Shown here: positions 23,161 through 37,238 of the stretch, piece by piece
Numbering within the stretch: the stretch's first letter is position 1
Layout of the letters: every line of letters starts with the position of its first letter
Origin: Dimorphilus gyrociliatus
Taxonomy: Eukaryota > Animalia > Annelida
NCBI GenBank assembly: GCA_904063045.1
Contig: CAJFCJ010000001.1
Coordinates: 3,410,001-3,474,000, forward strand
Direction of reading: 5' to 3'
Length of the DNA stretch: 64,000 nt
The notes under the pieces: model-generated
The model's input: only the letters and a program-made list of their open reading frames with translations
Database searches by the model: none
What the model was told of the DNA's origin: nothing
Made by a program: the position numbers and the translations under genes

Positions 23161-25493
23161 ATGATATCAAGAAAAGACTTTAGAATTAGGCGTCTCTTCC
23201 TTATTTCATTTTGTAAGTTTATGTTTATTCAAGATAATTAGACTAACCGAATTTTCACTTTGTATGTATGCTCATTCTCTCTTGCTCTATGTTTGATATA
23301 TCATTTTTCATACAGTAATTTCATTATTTAATGCGACGTCACAAGAGGATTCAATTCCAAGGAATACAGCTGTCTATTATGGACAATCAGCTAACCTAAC
23401 TTGCTTCGAGAATAACGCTAATAGCATTTATCAGTCAACAAGTTGGATGGTTAGAGAAAGTCAATCGTCTATTACAAAACTTATAGCCGATAAGTCGGGT
23501 ATTTTGCCGTCTGCCAAGTCTTATTATAGCTACTTGAACAGTCCAAGGGTTGATTTACACGTTAAAAAGGTCGATTCAATTTCAACTGGCCGATACGACT
23601 GTACAGCATACGACAATGATGATGAGGTTAAGAGGTATTGGGCATTTCTCATGGCGCTAGGTATGTATATGGGTGTGTATGTAGTTATATAAGTACGTGT
23701 ATAAGTAGGCATGTATGCAAGTGCGCGTGTGTGTGTGTATGTACCCATTTCTGGAACTGGCGTGTTTCTCGTTGTATTTGGTATTTAATGAATTTCGTTT
23801 TCTTTTTCATATTGCCTCTTCCTCTCTCTCTCTCCCCTCCTTCTACCTACTACTCAATACACTCGTATTGTAGACGAAAAACCCGTTTGTGCTCAAAATG
23901 AAACTTTATCCAGCGAATATCCTGCAGGGACAAAAATAGTGTACTGCTATGCTAATTATACTGGAGATTATTCGCCAACAGTAACTATAAAGTCAATCAA
24001 GGGGGGTATTAGAAAAATGAGACAATTCTCGAAACACGAGCCTATTGGTGGGACAATTTCCATGGTTGGAGGATGTGCATTAATATTGCAAGACTCCGAC
24101 TACAATTGCACTGTTGAATTCCTCTCCCCGCCTCCTTCTCTGATACTCAATTCAGGATTTGATCAATCGGCCCCAGGTATAAAACTAATTTAAAACAGAA
24201 TTTTTTTCCCTTTCCCTCTTATTCTCCTATCTTTTTCTGATTTTCTATACTATCGGTGCTTTTGCACTCTATTTTTTTTCATTTATTTATAGGCCTACCG
24301 ACTATATGCACCCAGAAACTTAACGATGATAGCCAAGTCCCTGAGTGGTTAAAGGGAAATTGTGAAACGTCTTTAGTACAGAAAGATTATACAAAACTAC
24401 CAAAAAATACAGCAGCTTTGATAGATGAAACTGCATTATTAAATTGCAGCGTTATAAATTCTATTGATCATTCTGACGGTTCTTGGTCTCTTAGACAAAG
24501 CCAAAGCGATCAGTTAATTACGCTAACAGAAGCTTTTAACGTAACCGATCAAGTTGACGAACACGTACACTTTCCAGTTAATAATGTTTTTAATATAGAA
24601 GTTAAAGCAACAAATCGCTATACGGCTGGCTTGTTCGTATGTACAGGATATGACACTGCTAAAGTTGACTCTTTCGGAGCTTTTTTAAGCGTTATGGGTA
24701 ATATATTATTACTTTAGCCTACTATTTAAGCCTATAGTTTTTTATTTCCAAGGTATTTTTTATTCATTTAGATAAGCCAAGTTGCAGTCATCAATCTCTA
24801 TCATCAGATAAAAAATTAGCATATTGCTTCAATCAATATGCCAGCTTTTGGCCTCCAACAGTACGAATACTAAAGAATAACGTTGTTATCGATTCTGCCT
24901 CGTTTCACAATCAGAAGATATCGCCATTAGCTGAATATTCGCAAGTTGGTGCTTGTGCACTAATTGATAAGACTACAACTTTTGAATGTACAAACATCTT
25001 CGAAAGACCACCAGATAATTTATTGGTAAGCGATAGCATAGACGACACGGATACCGATTTAATCGCCTCTTGTTCGGAAACATCCGATCCTTCAGATGAT
25101 CGACCAGGTAAAATGAATTCAAAACAGTATAAAAAGAATAAAATATTCCATTTCCTATCGTTTTATTTGGATGAAAGGGAAAGTTATTAATAAACTGTTC
25201 TCTTTTTTTTTTTTAAATTTTTTCTAGTTCCAGATTGGTTAAAGGAAAAATGCGAAAGCTACTTTGAAGTGGGGGAGATAACAACTACTGCTAGTATATC
25301 GACCACTTTAACTAAAACAACCTTGGATACAACGATACTTTCCTTATCTTCGAAAATTCCAGAGACAACCGCGGAAAGTCAAACAAAAACGGAATATCCG
25401 ACAACGACCACTTCTAATTCTGCCGTTAAAAATCACGTAGAATTACAAAAGATATTACCGTTTCTCGTTATATTCTTCATGCTATCTCATTAG
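23161..25493 (+). CDS. Secreted, likely GPI-anchored Ig-superfamily protein with a tandem-duplicated two-domain module (568 aa)
   Basis: Exons 23161-23212, 23316-23660, 23874-24176, 24293-24697, 24772-25107, 25228-25493; all introns phase 1; 1707 nt in frame. Signal peptide. Ig signatures ANLTC...W...TGRYDC and ALLNC...W...AGLFVC. Thr-rich stalk and a hydrophobic C-terminus with no cytoplasmic tail. Confidence 0.85.
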
Positions 25494-26071
25494 ATTTCCT
25501 CCAAAGTTTTAAATAATACTTGTCCATTTGATTAGGAACAATAGACTTTTCTTTTGAGATCGATAGAATAGCAGAGAATTAGAAAAGAAAATCAAAAATA
25601 TATTATATAGCGTCTCTTTCTTTCTCTTTCCTTCTTATTATGATAATAAACCAATACCAAACGTCGTTTTACGTAAATTATTGCATAATCTACAATAACC
25701 TGGTTATTAGTAAAGATTAAAAAAGTTGTATATTGTCAAAAAAAAAAAAAATATTTGTCAGCAATAGTAAAAGGCAATGTATGGGAAAGCTTTTACAGTA
25801 TTTCTCAGCTGGGTACGATGGGTGAATCATCACTAATATAAGTTCTTTTTGTTAAAAACAAAACGAAGAAAGTAAGATCATCATAATGCCTAACGATAAT
25901 AATATTTAATGAATAAGTATAAAGAGCAATGAAGAAAAAGTTTGTCGTGTGAATTGATTTTTTTTGTTGTTTTTTTTTTTATAGCTTGCTTGAACTGCTC
26001 CTGGTTTATATTCCAAAAGATTGCTTTTCCATAAAGGCCTACATATAGGCTTAATAAGCAGATTCTTTTTT

Positions 26072-29000
26072 TCATGAAAATGTCATTAATGATCCTTTTA
26101 TCTCTTTAAATGTAGGTCGTTTTGATGCGTCTAAATTCCAGCACTTTTCCATTATATTATGCATTTCCGTGGGACAATCTTCCGGTGGTTCCATTCTATA
26201 TCCCTTTTGTACATGTTCTGGCACCTCTGTTAAATGAATACGTGGGTAGGGAACTCTTCCGAATGAATACAATTCCCATAAAAATATTCCATAGCTCCAT
26301 ACATCGGAGTGACTGGTAAATTTATTGCTTTTGAGCGCTTCTGGAGCTGTCCATTTGATAGGAAATTTACCACCTTGAACTTCGGCCTGAGCCTGTCTAG
26401 CCAACCCAAAATCAGTAACTTTAGCAACATTATGTTCAGATAAGAGAACATTCCTAGCAGCGAGGTCTCTGTGTACAACTGAATTTTCTTCAAGATAACA
26501 CATGGCTTCGCAAGTGTCTTTAGCAAATCCCAAAAGTTGGGATTTCTTAATTTTTGTCCTACCCCTTGACCGCAGAAAATCTATTAAGCTGCCCATTTCC
26601 ATAAATTCACTTACTATTAATGTCTTTTCTTTATTAACTATTCCCACCAATTTAACCAAATTTTTATGCTTAAGTGTCATCATAAAGCGAGCTTCTTTAA
26701 GGAATTCTCCAGCTTTGTTTTTATCGTGTAACGATTTAATGGCAACCTGTTAGCCAACAACAGAAAAGAAAAGGTCAGCATTTTTACAGAATAATCTCAT
26801 AAAAGATTATAAAAATAATTTTAGAAAAATTATAGCTATGTTAATAACCTTTTGATCTTTATAAATACCGCAATGAACCTCGCCGAATTCTCCTTTACCA
26901 ATACATTCGCCCACTTCTAATTCGTCGATATTGATCTCCCATTTATTTGTATCGTAAAGAGGACAAGGAATCTTTAATTCGGTTACTAATCCATTTGCGT
27001 CATTTCCGTAATAAGTTATCAATTCGGACAAATTATCAAAAAACACCTCCTCGTCAATTGTATATTTACCACCTTTTCTCAGCACATGGTAATTTTCAAC
27101 CTGGTTCAAATAGATTAAACAAAGAGTGAAATCGCCTGGATAGTTTGTACTGTCGCGAAGAAGAAAAGAACCGTCTTCACAATCGTTAAGTCTTCTAATT
27201 GCTTCTTCCCTACCAATATCACCGTGATACCAAGGTTTGCCAATGTGCGATCCATTCTTTTTATCCGAAGTTGGACCATTTTTACCCACGTAGTTGGCTG
27301 GGATCATTCCAGAGTTTCCAACTTCATTCATAGCTTGATACCACATGGGATCTCGTGTTGGACAAGTTATTTTTATTTTCTCTCCTTTTTTAAAAGATAG
27401 ATCCTCTTTTGATTTACCTTCAAAGTTGAATAGGCCGGTAACTTCGTCACCTAAAAAGTTTAAAAGAAACACATCAGTCAAGTATCAAATGTTAATTTAC
27501 AATTAGACGCTTAACAGGAGAAACTATTGAAAACAAAAGGAAATAAAATTTATTGCAGCATACGAAAAGTTTAATTTGGAGATAATTAATTCTTAGTATA
27601 TAATAGTATTGAAATAGTTTCGCTATTAAAAAAAACATTACAAAGATGAGGAAAACCAGAAGAAAAGGAAAGAAAAAACGCAAAGAAAACAGAATACAAT
27701 ATTATTTGTTTATATAAGATATTCACAAGCATCCTTTTCTTTTCTCTTTTGCTTTCAGTCGTCTCTAACGAATTTTTACAGCTTAACCCCAACAAGATAG
27801 AAGAGAAATGAATAAAAGTAATAAAATCTACGTTTCATGGGTCTTTTAGTCGTAAAAGTCTGTCTTTATCAAAATTTGAAATTCTTTGTAGATTATCTTT
27901 CGCAAACATTGTAATATTATTTAAAAACTATAAAAAATTTTTTGATATTCATTCCATATAGAACGAAAAGCTGAGCGCAATTGGTTAACGACATTATCTC
28001 TTTTGTTAATATATATAAATATATAGATAGATATGTATGGATAAACTGATTAGATGAAATATTAAATCAGGCAATCTAATAATTTTTTAATAATACACTA
28101 TACATACATCTATCTATACATGTTCTTCTAAAAACCTTTACTTAATTATTCCGATTAAGTGAGATCCGTTTTTCCTTAATTTCGCTAATTAGTTTTTAAG
28201 GGTCAAGTAAATTACAACGGCCGAGTGAAGGAGAAAATCCCATTTTCTATCTAATAAAATTACTATTAGGAGATGATTTTAGGAGATGATTTTAGTAGAG
28301 AATTGTCGAAAAAATATACGAAGAGACATTTTAAGAAGCAGGTAAAAACTCTAAAATTTAGAAATAATCAACAAGAGAACCTCTTTTTTCAAGTGAACGC
28401 ACACTAGAGTAATTGTTCATATTTATAGAAAAAAAAAGTAATATTAAACATAGAGCGATCAATAATGACTTGCGGAATCTTTGAAAAATATCGAATGAAT
28501 AGCGTGACAATATTGTAAACTTCTTACTATCTAGAAAAAATGTTTTTTTTATATTTAACACATTATGCCTAGTTAACTCTAATATAAATGATTATTTACA
28601 GCATATATATATATTAATTATTGCAAGGGAATAGCGTACTAAAAGTGATGATAAAATGAAAAAAATTGTTATTGTTGGATGGAAAACACCAATGTAGAAA
28701 GTTATAGGCATGCCCATATATCTATATTCCTTAATAGTTATATTATATATGAATATCAAACCTATATCTTTCGATAGGCCCTTGTTGATACAACATTTCG
28801 AATGATTCATTTGATTTTTTTTTATTTTTTTTACTGCCTCTGCTTCTTATTTTGTTGCTTATCAAGAATATTAGTTTTTATGCTAGATTCTTCTAAAGGA
28901 TTGTAATAGAAATTTTAAAATGATATTCAAAATCTAATTATCATTGCATGCTGTTAATACAAATTCGTCTATAAGTGAATTATTATATAAAAGATATCGT

Positions 29001-29283
29001 AGAAACCTCTAATGAATATTTAAGAATGAAAAACGTTCTTATTCTTACTTATTACGTACAGTAGCAAATATTATTTAAAATATAATTAAACCTAACTAAT
29101 TTCCACTAATGAAACAAGTCAAATTGTCTGCTGGGCATATAGTGAAAAGCATATTATAATCTTTTGACTTTGATAGTAAAAATTAAGGAAATAAAAGTTA
29201 AACCTTATCGGGACAGGATAAGAAATGTATTCCTTACCTGCTTTCCAAGTGTATCCCTGGTCATTTGTTGAAGCTGCCTTCAT
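26072..29283 (-). CDS. CSK: C-terminal Src kinase (SH3-SH2-tyrosine kinase), 440 aa
   Basis: Exons 29283-29238 (MKAASTNDQGYTWKAG), 27450-26849, 26746-26072; 1323 nt in frame. Motifs HRDLAARN and GGKFPIKWTAPEAL. No activation-loop Tyr, no Gly2, no C-terminal regulatory Tyr tail, which fits Csk rather than Src. Confidence 0.95.
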
Positions 29284-29653
29284 GCCTAATCCAGCCTTTT
29301 TTGAACGATTTCTTTACCTCTTTCTCGCTTTTAGATTTTTCTATATATATTTATAATGGACCCAAAAAAAGGGATTTTTCTGTAGGAGACAGCTTTTATA
29401 TTCAAACTCAATTGACGGGTTTCCCTTCCGTTAAATATAATTCACCATATTTCTTTTATACTATCGAGTAAAGCCAACTTCCATTTTCGTATAAAAAATT
29501 ACATTTTATTTTATTCCTTAAATAACTATTAAATTACTTATCGAAAATATGTAATTCGCAAACAATTAAAAAATATAAAATAAAAACGGATGTGACGACA
29601 CCGGAAATGGAAAACGCTTAAAAGTTTGTTGATAGCGAATCGTACTGATTGAG
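29284..29653. promoter_or_regulatory. Bidirectional promoter region Csk / DDX6
   Basis: Csk ATG at 29283 (-). On the + strand, a strong donor gag|gtaagt at 29654 and an acceptor at 30884 define a DDX6 5'UTR intron. ETS-like CCGGAAAT at 29601-29608. Confidence 0.55.
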
Positions 29654-30982
29654 GTAAGTAAAATCTTTAAAAATCTTCGTTCAATTATTATTTTAGACAA
29701 TTCTCTCCAGTGAAATCTGTAAAGAATATTTTAATCTTTTTGTATGCTGCCTAAATATTTTCGTATTAACTGTAATTATCATATTTTGGCTTTCAGCCAT
29801 TATCTGGGGCAGTGGGATATTAATGATAAGAAATTTATATTGTCGAATGTAAATATTCCCTATATTTTCAGACGAAAGAGCGAATTAAGACAAGTTTTTG
29901 ACGAAAATCGCCACTAGACAAAGTAAAAAGTGATACTCTTCTTCTGTGCGCGGTGTTTATTGATTTTTTTTGCTGGGGCCGCTTTTCTGTATTTAAGCAT
30001 CATTAAAGGTAATAATCAGATTTCTTTCTATATATCTACCCTTAAAAACTTGAATTTATCTTGCATGATGCAGATAAATTTAAATTATCGTTAAATAGCT
30101 CAAACACAGTTTTACCAAAGCGTCTCTTTGTGTTCACTTCCGTTATATATATATATATATATGTATATAGATTTTTTTTGACAAAGACGCGGAAGTATTT
30201 TTTAACGGAAACCTTTCTCCGAACTCTAAAAGAGTTAACTTAAATAATGTTTTTCTATATATTATATTAATTTATTTACAAGGTCTATTGCAAAATATCT
30301 AAATGACTATCATATAACCTAACCCAGCTTGAAAAAATTTGAAAAATATCGCCTCCTCCAACAAATTTAAGAAGAAAAGATATTTAATACAAGTATATCA
30401 AACTACGCTTTAGCAATTTAATCCATAATGTATACATTACAATATTCATGCAACACAGCGTATATGCCGAAAAATAAAAAGGTTCTCTCTTGGTATACAA
30501 ACATGCTATTAAAAAACACCCTACGAATTCCTATAGCTTATACCCTGCCTTAAGGCTTGAGTCATCTATCGATAAAAAAAATAGTCGATTATTAATATTA
30601 CGAGCACAATCTCCCACTGATTACTGTTATTTATATACCATTACTTCTCTATTTTTCATAGAAATATTCTTTTGCGTCAAAATGAATAGCCTATAACCTT
30701 GATAGTGGTTAACCGAGTACTCTGTAGATATTGTGTAAGGTTTCACATTAAACTTTGTAATGTTTAGCCTATAGTGTTTATAACTATTTAGCCAGTAAAA
30801 ATTTTTTTTCTATATAAAGTACTCGTATTTATTGGCTTCACAAGAATAGAGATTTTTAGCTATATTTTTTTCTTATTTTAATAGGAAATACTTGACTTCC
30901 GCCATCTACATTCTTCCTCAGATCTCAACGAGTAAAAAAATTAAGAAAAAGCTAACTCCGCTAAACTAATAAAAAAAGAAAC

Positions 30983-32446
30983 ATGTCTTCTGTTGAAGTC
31001 GATAGTATTCAGAAACTAGAAACGGACGGCTGGAAATCCAAGCTGCAACTACCTCCAAAAGATAACAGAGTCAAAACAGCCGACGTAACGAATACGAAAG
31101 GCAACGAATTTGAAGACTTTTGCCTGAAACGTGAACTACTTATGGGTATCTTTGAAAAAGGCTGGGAACAGCCCTCTCCTATACAGGAAGCTAGCATTCC
31201 AATTGCTCTATCTGGAAGAGATGTTCTGGCTAGAGCAAAGAATGGTACTGGTAAAACCGGTGCCTACGCTATACCGTTGTTAGAACGGTGTAATTCAGCC
31301 GTACCAGATTTACAGGTAAATTATAATTAATTCAATACTATGAAAATGACGTTTTTTTTTTTTTGCAAACTGCTCTATCTATATATTCGCATTTTCTATT
31401 TTTAATAGGCTATCGTTATTGTGCCTACAAGAGAATTGGCACTTCAAACTTCCCAAATTTGTAAGGAGTTGAGCAAGCATATTGGTCTCAAAATTATGGT
31501 TACTACGGGTGGAACGAATTTACGGGATGACATTATGCGCCTATACAATACAGTTCATGTGATTATTGGAACTCCTGGCCGAATGTTGGACTTGATGAAC
31601 AAGAATGTTATAAAGTGCAGTAAATGTACTATGTTGGTTTTGGACGAGGTAAGTGTTAAAAATTTTTAGTTTAAAGCATATATAAGCTGTATTCTATCTG
31701 GGAATTTGTGATATCTACATATATAGGCCGACAAATTGCTATCTCAAGACTTTAAGGGCATGTTGGATAGCATTATTGACCACTTACCAAATGAACGCCA
31801 GATTCTACTCTTCTCAGCTACGTTCCCACTGACCGTCGAGTCGTTCATGCGCAAGCACCTCCACAATCCGTATGAGATTAACTTGATGGATGAACTGACA
31901 TTAAAAGGCGTTACCCAATATTACGCTTTTGTGCAAGAAAGGCAAAAAGTTCACTGCCTAAACACGCTCTTCTCTAAACTGCAAATCAACCAGTCAATCA
32001 TATTTTGCAATTCGACGCAAAGGGTCGAACTACTTGCGAAAAAAATTACGGAATTGGGTTATTCCTGCTTTTTCATTCATGCCAAGATGAACCAGCAGCA
32101 CCGTAACCGCGTCTTTCATGACTTTCGGCAAGGTTTGTGCCGAAACCTGGTCTGCTCTGATCTATTTACGCGCGGTATAGATATTCAAGCCGTTAACGTC
32201 GTGATCAATTTCGATTTTCCGAAGCACGCTGAAACTTATTTACATAGAATCGGTCGTTCCGGTCGCTACGGACACTTGGGTGTAGCCATTAACCTGATAA
32301 CGTACGATGATCGCTTTTCTCTACACACAATTGAAAGGCAATTAAAGACCGAAATTAAACCCGTACCAAAAGTTATTGACAAGAAACTCTATGTCGCCGA
32401 GTATCAGAATGAGGAGGAGGAAGTGAAGAAGGGTCAAACAGAATAA
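30983..32446 (+). CDS. DDX6: DEAD-box RNA helicase DDX6/Me31B/Dhh1, 430 aa
   Basis: Exons 30983-31315, 31409-31648, 31727-32446. Motifs [18 protein letters not shown]|AD (split by intron 2), [14 protein letters not shown]6-specific [13 protein letters not shown] and [15 protein letters not shown]. Confidence 0.97.
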
Positions 32447-34715
32447 GTGTCAAGCCCACCAGCTGTATTACTACTAGCGAATCAACATTATTTACTTATA
32501 CACACTTAAATACGATTAAAAGGTATTTTAAAGCGCGAATCTTTAACATTATTTAAAAAAAAATGAAGCTCTTCCCTCTTAGAAAACTAGAGGAAACTAA
32601 GACGTTATTCGCTAAACACTGCCAATTGTGTTTTGTTGAATGTGTTAACGTGAATAGTAAAAAGGATATTTTATTTTTTTTAGATAATTACCTCCAAAGA
32701 TGGAAAAATAGTGATTATTTAGTCATCTTTGAAAGTTTCGTTAGGGAATATAAGCTGGTGTTTGCAATGCTTATTTCATAATTTGTATAATGTTGTAATA
32801 TAGTAATTTTTTGAAGCTGTTAAAAAACAAAAAGTGGGCGAATAACGGTTTATAAAAAATTTTTGTTTGTTGTTTAAAATTCGCCATGTGTTATATGTTT
32901 TTTTGCCAATTGGTGGCGCTCAAATACTGCTTATATAACAGAGCCACGCACTAGTTTTTTTTTCAAGAAATGCATTTTTCATTTTCATGTGCAGTGCGCT
33001 ATCCCACTCTCGTTTATATAGTATATTTTGAATGTGTGACGTTATCCTATATCTACTCTAATGAACTAGCAAAGGATAGTATTGAACATGTGTGAGCCCA
33101 AAATAAGATGTCAAATTAACGAGGATTGCCGTAAAGAAACGTTTTGTTAAGCACACTCAAATTGTATGTAATTAGTTACATCAGTATTTTTCTGTTCTAC
33201 ATTCGCAATCCTCTCTTTTCCATGTTTACGATATATTCGGAATATGTTGCTAAACTTGATTTTTTTTTTTAGGCTAAGTGCATATTTTTACGAGTGTGCT
33301 AAGTGCAGACGATGCAAATTCCGTCCTGAAATTTGTATTAATGTGTGTGTATAAAAAAAAGAGGAGGTGTTTTATTCAGGACCGTGTTTTATTAATTCAA
33401 TTTGCTCTTCTATTGAAAAACTAATTGAATTTTTAAAACTAAAATTTCAAGCGAGGTCTTTTTATCTGGTTAAGTTTATATAATCTTTTGAGAGATTATG
33501 AATCTTGTTTTTCTTTATAAAAATTTAACATCTGAGAGAAATTTATTTAAAAACTATGAGATAAAAAATATTGAAAAAAAAAACAAAAAAAAGCACACTC
33601 AAAAACGAAATCCTCACCATCTCGCCATAACTTATTTCTTCTAATTATTTTCTTTTTTTTTTTTTGAATGAATAGATAGCTTTTCAAAAAATATGTTTGA
33701 ATAGACAAATATATCAACATCAATGTCCGTAACAGTAAAAAAAGGAAAAGTTTTGTATAATTATTTAAAATAAGAAACATCATTGCCGAGATCTCGCTTC
33801 TATATAATTTTTGTAATAATTGTTAAACAGTGCTTCTACGGACCTTCCAGGAGTGTGCTATGATATAAATTTTTTATGTAAGTTTTTTTTTCTTTTCGAG
33901 AAAGAAGTTGAAAAACTTCTTTCAAAGAAATCTTATGTAACAACTGCAATTTGGAAATGTTTTCTTTTTATATATATAAAGCTAAATTCCAACATCTGAG
34001 ATTGAAAATCTTCGTATATGATTATATATCCGACTATCTACATATATATTTATATACTTTTTTTTTATAAAAAACAAAAAGGAACCAAAATTAATAAGTT
34101 TATTAAAAAGAATGTAGGGTTAAGATTTATTCATTTTTTTTTCCGCAAAATTCAATAAACGTTTCCAAATTGCTTCTATGTAAAAACAATTTATACAAGT
34201 GAAAACTTTAAAAGAAAAACAATTTTGAACGTTAAAAAACAAACAAATCATAAATTTAAAATGAAAGTGAAGCTTCTTTAAAACTTCGTCATCGTTCAAA
34301 ACTTTTTTTTTTGAAAGGATTAAGTCAAGTCAAAAAAAAGTGAAATTTGTGCGTTTAACTATGAATGCAAAACAGTTTTATGTATAACTTCAATAGATAT
34401 TGTTCTTCGTTTTTAACTTTATACTTGCCCTACAACGAAAAGTATCAAAATTTATGAATTTTTGAATAAACAAACTAAAAATTCTGGTGTTTGAAAAAAA
34501 GTCTTATGATCTCTTTTCTTTAAAATCATACTTATACTTTTATCGACATTAAAAAAATGAGCCAACTGTATTTTTTATAAACACTAAACAAAATAGACGA
34601 CGGTACAACATAAAATCTCTAATAGACAAACAAAAAAATAATGACAAAAGTTTCTTTTCACAAGTTTTTTTCTTGCCTAGTGAAACGCTTTTGATTAATT
34701 TTTTTCTCAATCGCT

Positions 34716-36262
34716 TTAAGATGTATCAGCTGACATATGCTTTGTTAAGAATTTCATCATTCCAAACATTTTAACCCTTTTTCTGCCTGTAAATAAAATA
34801 TATTACAATAATTATCTTTCTGGAAAGAAAATCATGAAAGGAAACTTACCAAAAACTTCCTGAAGAGCGTCATCACATAGGGTAAATTGCTTGTTTCGAG
34901 GATCCTAATTGTATAATTATTTCATTCGTTATAGTGGAAATAAACTAAAGTAATGGTTGCAAGATTTTTACCTGAAGGTTCTTTTCCTTAACATAACCCC
35001 ACATTCTCTTGACAACTTCACTTCTTGGTAATTTCTCTGCTCCAACAACTTTAGCTAAAGCTTCAGAGAGAACAAGGTCTGCGTTGTATCCAGTTTTCTC
35101 TACAATGGTAAGAAAAAGACTTTCAGTGTCATACTGTTCGTATTCTTCACAAGCTACATCCATTTATATACACAAATTATATAATTCTTATTTCTATCAA
35201 ATACAACAGTTGGTAATTGTCGGGGAATTTAGTTTGTAAAGGTACGGTTAAGGTTAAGAATTAGGATAGGAAAGGTTTTGCCTAATAGGACATTCTAATC
35301 ATAGAAAAATTGTAACATTCACGAAACAAAGTTACAGTATACAATATCCTTACTTTTAACGGCTTTCTCTGGTTTGTCATTTGTTGTAGCGGCAGCTTTC
35401 TTCTTTGGTTTTGCTTTTGGCTTCTTTGGTGCTTCGTCGTCGTCGTCACCATCCCACTAAAAAAAATGATAAAATCAATTTTAGCGATTTTTTAAATTGA
35501 AACGCAACGTCTCTAATGGCATTTTAATAAATTTATAATAATAATAAATAATTATTATTATACTTTTCTTTTTACTTACGTCGGAATCACTTTGATTTTT
35601 CTTCTTTTTCTTCAGTTTTGGTTCATCATCATCGCTGGCCTAGAAATATAAACAGATTACATTATAGAATAATTTTAATATATCGAACGTACAGCTTCTT
35701 CTGGCTCTGAGGCAGACGAATCATGCGCCTCTTTCTCTTCCATTTCTTCAAGACATGCCATAACGAGATCGTCTATTTGCTGTTTTCTATTTTGTAATAA
35801 AGAAAAAATATTATACTATTTATTTCTACAGATTTTGTAAGAATTCATATATTAATTTTCTAAGAGATATGTGGAAAAAGAAGAAAAAAGTTCTTTTTTT
35901 TCCCTAATATAGAAGTGAATAACATTCGGTTAATTATTCTTTATATATATATATATATTTTTATACATTTATTAATAAAAATCTATTTTTTTTTAAACTA
36001 TTTCATAAATTTTTCTAAAATTTATTGCTTACTTTTCCAAAAGATCTTCGTCGTACTTTTCTTCTAATTCCTTTCTCACCTTCTTGGCAGAAATAGAGTT
36101 CAGGTCGGCGCCTTTCAAAATTTCTATAAAATCATAATAAAATGAATAAAAGCTATAACTGTTGTTACGAAAAACTATTCTTGAATTTTTTCCTTATCTT
36201 AAATTCTTAAATAGCAAACCTAAAATATCCTTCTTCAGTTTATTTTCTGTAATTTCCGACAT
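34716..36262 (-). CDS. DEK-C + SWIB/MDM2 domain protein (UAF30/Spp27/TRI1-like), 214 aa
   Basis: Eight exons: 36262-36220, 36123-36033, 35786-35693, 35639-35580, 35456-35354, 35099-34972, 34904-34850, 34786-34716; 645 nt in frame. DEK-C: ILKGADLNSISAKKVRKELE. SWIB: LSEALAKVVG...PRSEVVKRMWGYVKEKNLQDPRNK...CDDAL. Confidence 0.92.
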
Positions 36263-36285
36263 TACAATTTGTTTCAAAACAACAA

Positions 36286-36293
36286 CCGGAAGT
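36286..36293 (+). promoter_or_regulatory. ETS motif CCGGAAGT in a compact bidirectional promoter (UAF30-like / PDCD4)
   Basis: Perfect ETS core 24 bp from the UAF30-like ATG. A + strand donor ccc|gtaagt follows at 36310. Confidence 0.55.
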
Positions 36294-36780
36294 CAAAGCC
36301 GCGAAGCCCGTAAGTTTTGTGTGGTTACCGGTTCCGCTTTCCAGTCTCAAAGCCTAAACAAGGATTAGTCCTCGCTACCCAGTAATGTATAAAAATGCAG
36401 TAGCGATTCATAAACAAGGTAGAAAATCGTAAAATAATTATCAATTACATAAAATAAGTTAGTAGCTTTTAATTTCTTTTCTAAAATATATTTTATTATG
36501 ATTTAATGTGATGGTTATGACTAAATACTGGTTAGCCCCGCTTCACGCTGTGCTCTGGGTCAAGGTTGTCCTAGGGGGAATTACGTTTTTATAGTAATAG
36601 GTCTGTTGAAGAGAAGAATTCCTGTGTTATATATCATATTAGAGAAGAAGACTTTTGAAATAGAAAATGCAAAGAAATGCATATAAACAAAATATAAATG
36701 ATTTATAGCTTGGTTTATTCTTAATGCTTTTGAAAATATTTTATATAAATGCTTTGATTATAAAAAGAAGAATTTTAATA

Positions 36781-36820
<40 letters not shown>

Positions 36821-37238
36821 AGCTGTATTTATATGCATATATATGCGTATAGAACCAATGTAATATGACATATATCAACTTTTTTATACTAGCCACATAA
36901 AACTACTATCTAGCCATGAAGAGAATAAATGAAATTGGTGTTGAAAACACTTTCGATTAAATTTAGAAATACCAATCCGATTACGTAACTTGCGTAATAT
37001 GATGGAATAGAACTTTTTTTATATTATATTCATAGATACTTAATATTGCTTAAGAGTGAAAAAAATAGAAAAATGTTCAAGTGACTCCAAACGCCATGAG
37101 TCTTTTCCTGGCCTTATTTTAGCATTACTCTCTAACTGGGCACAACTTCCGCTTTTACAAATCGATATATTTACATTACGATTTACAATTTTTTACTCTC
37201 TGCATTTTTTGCTGCATAAACCTTTTAAAGCAACAAAA

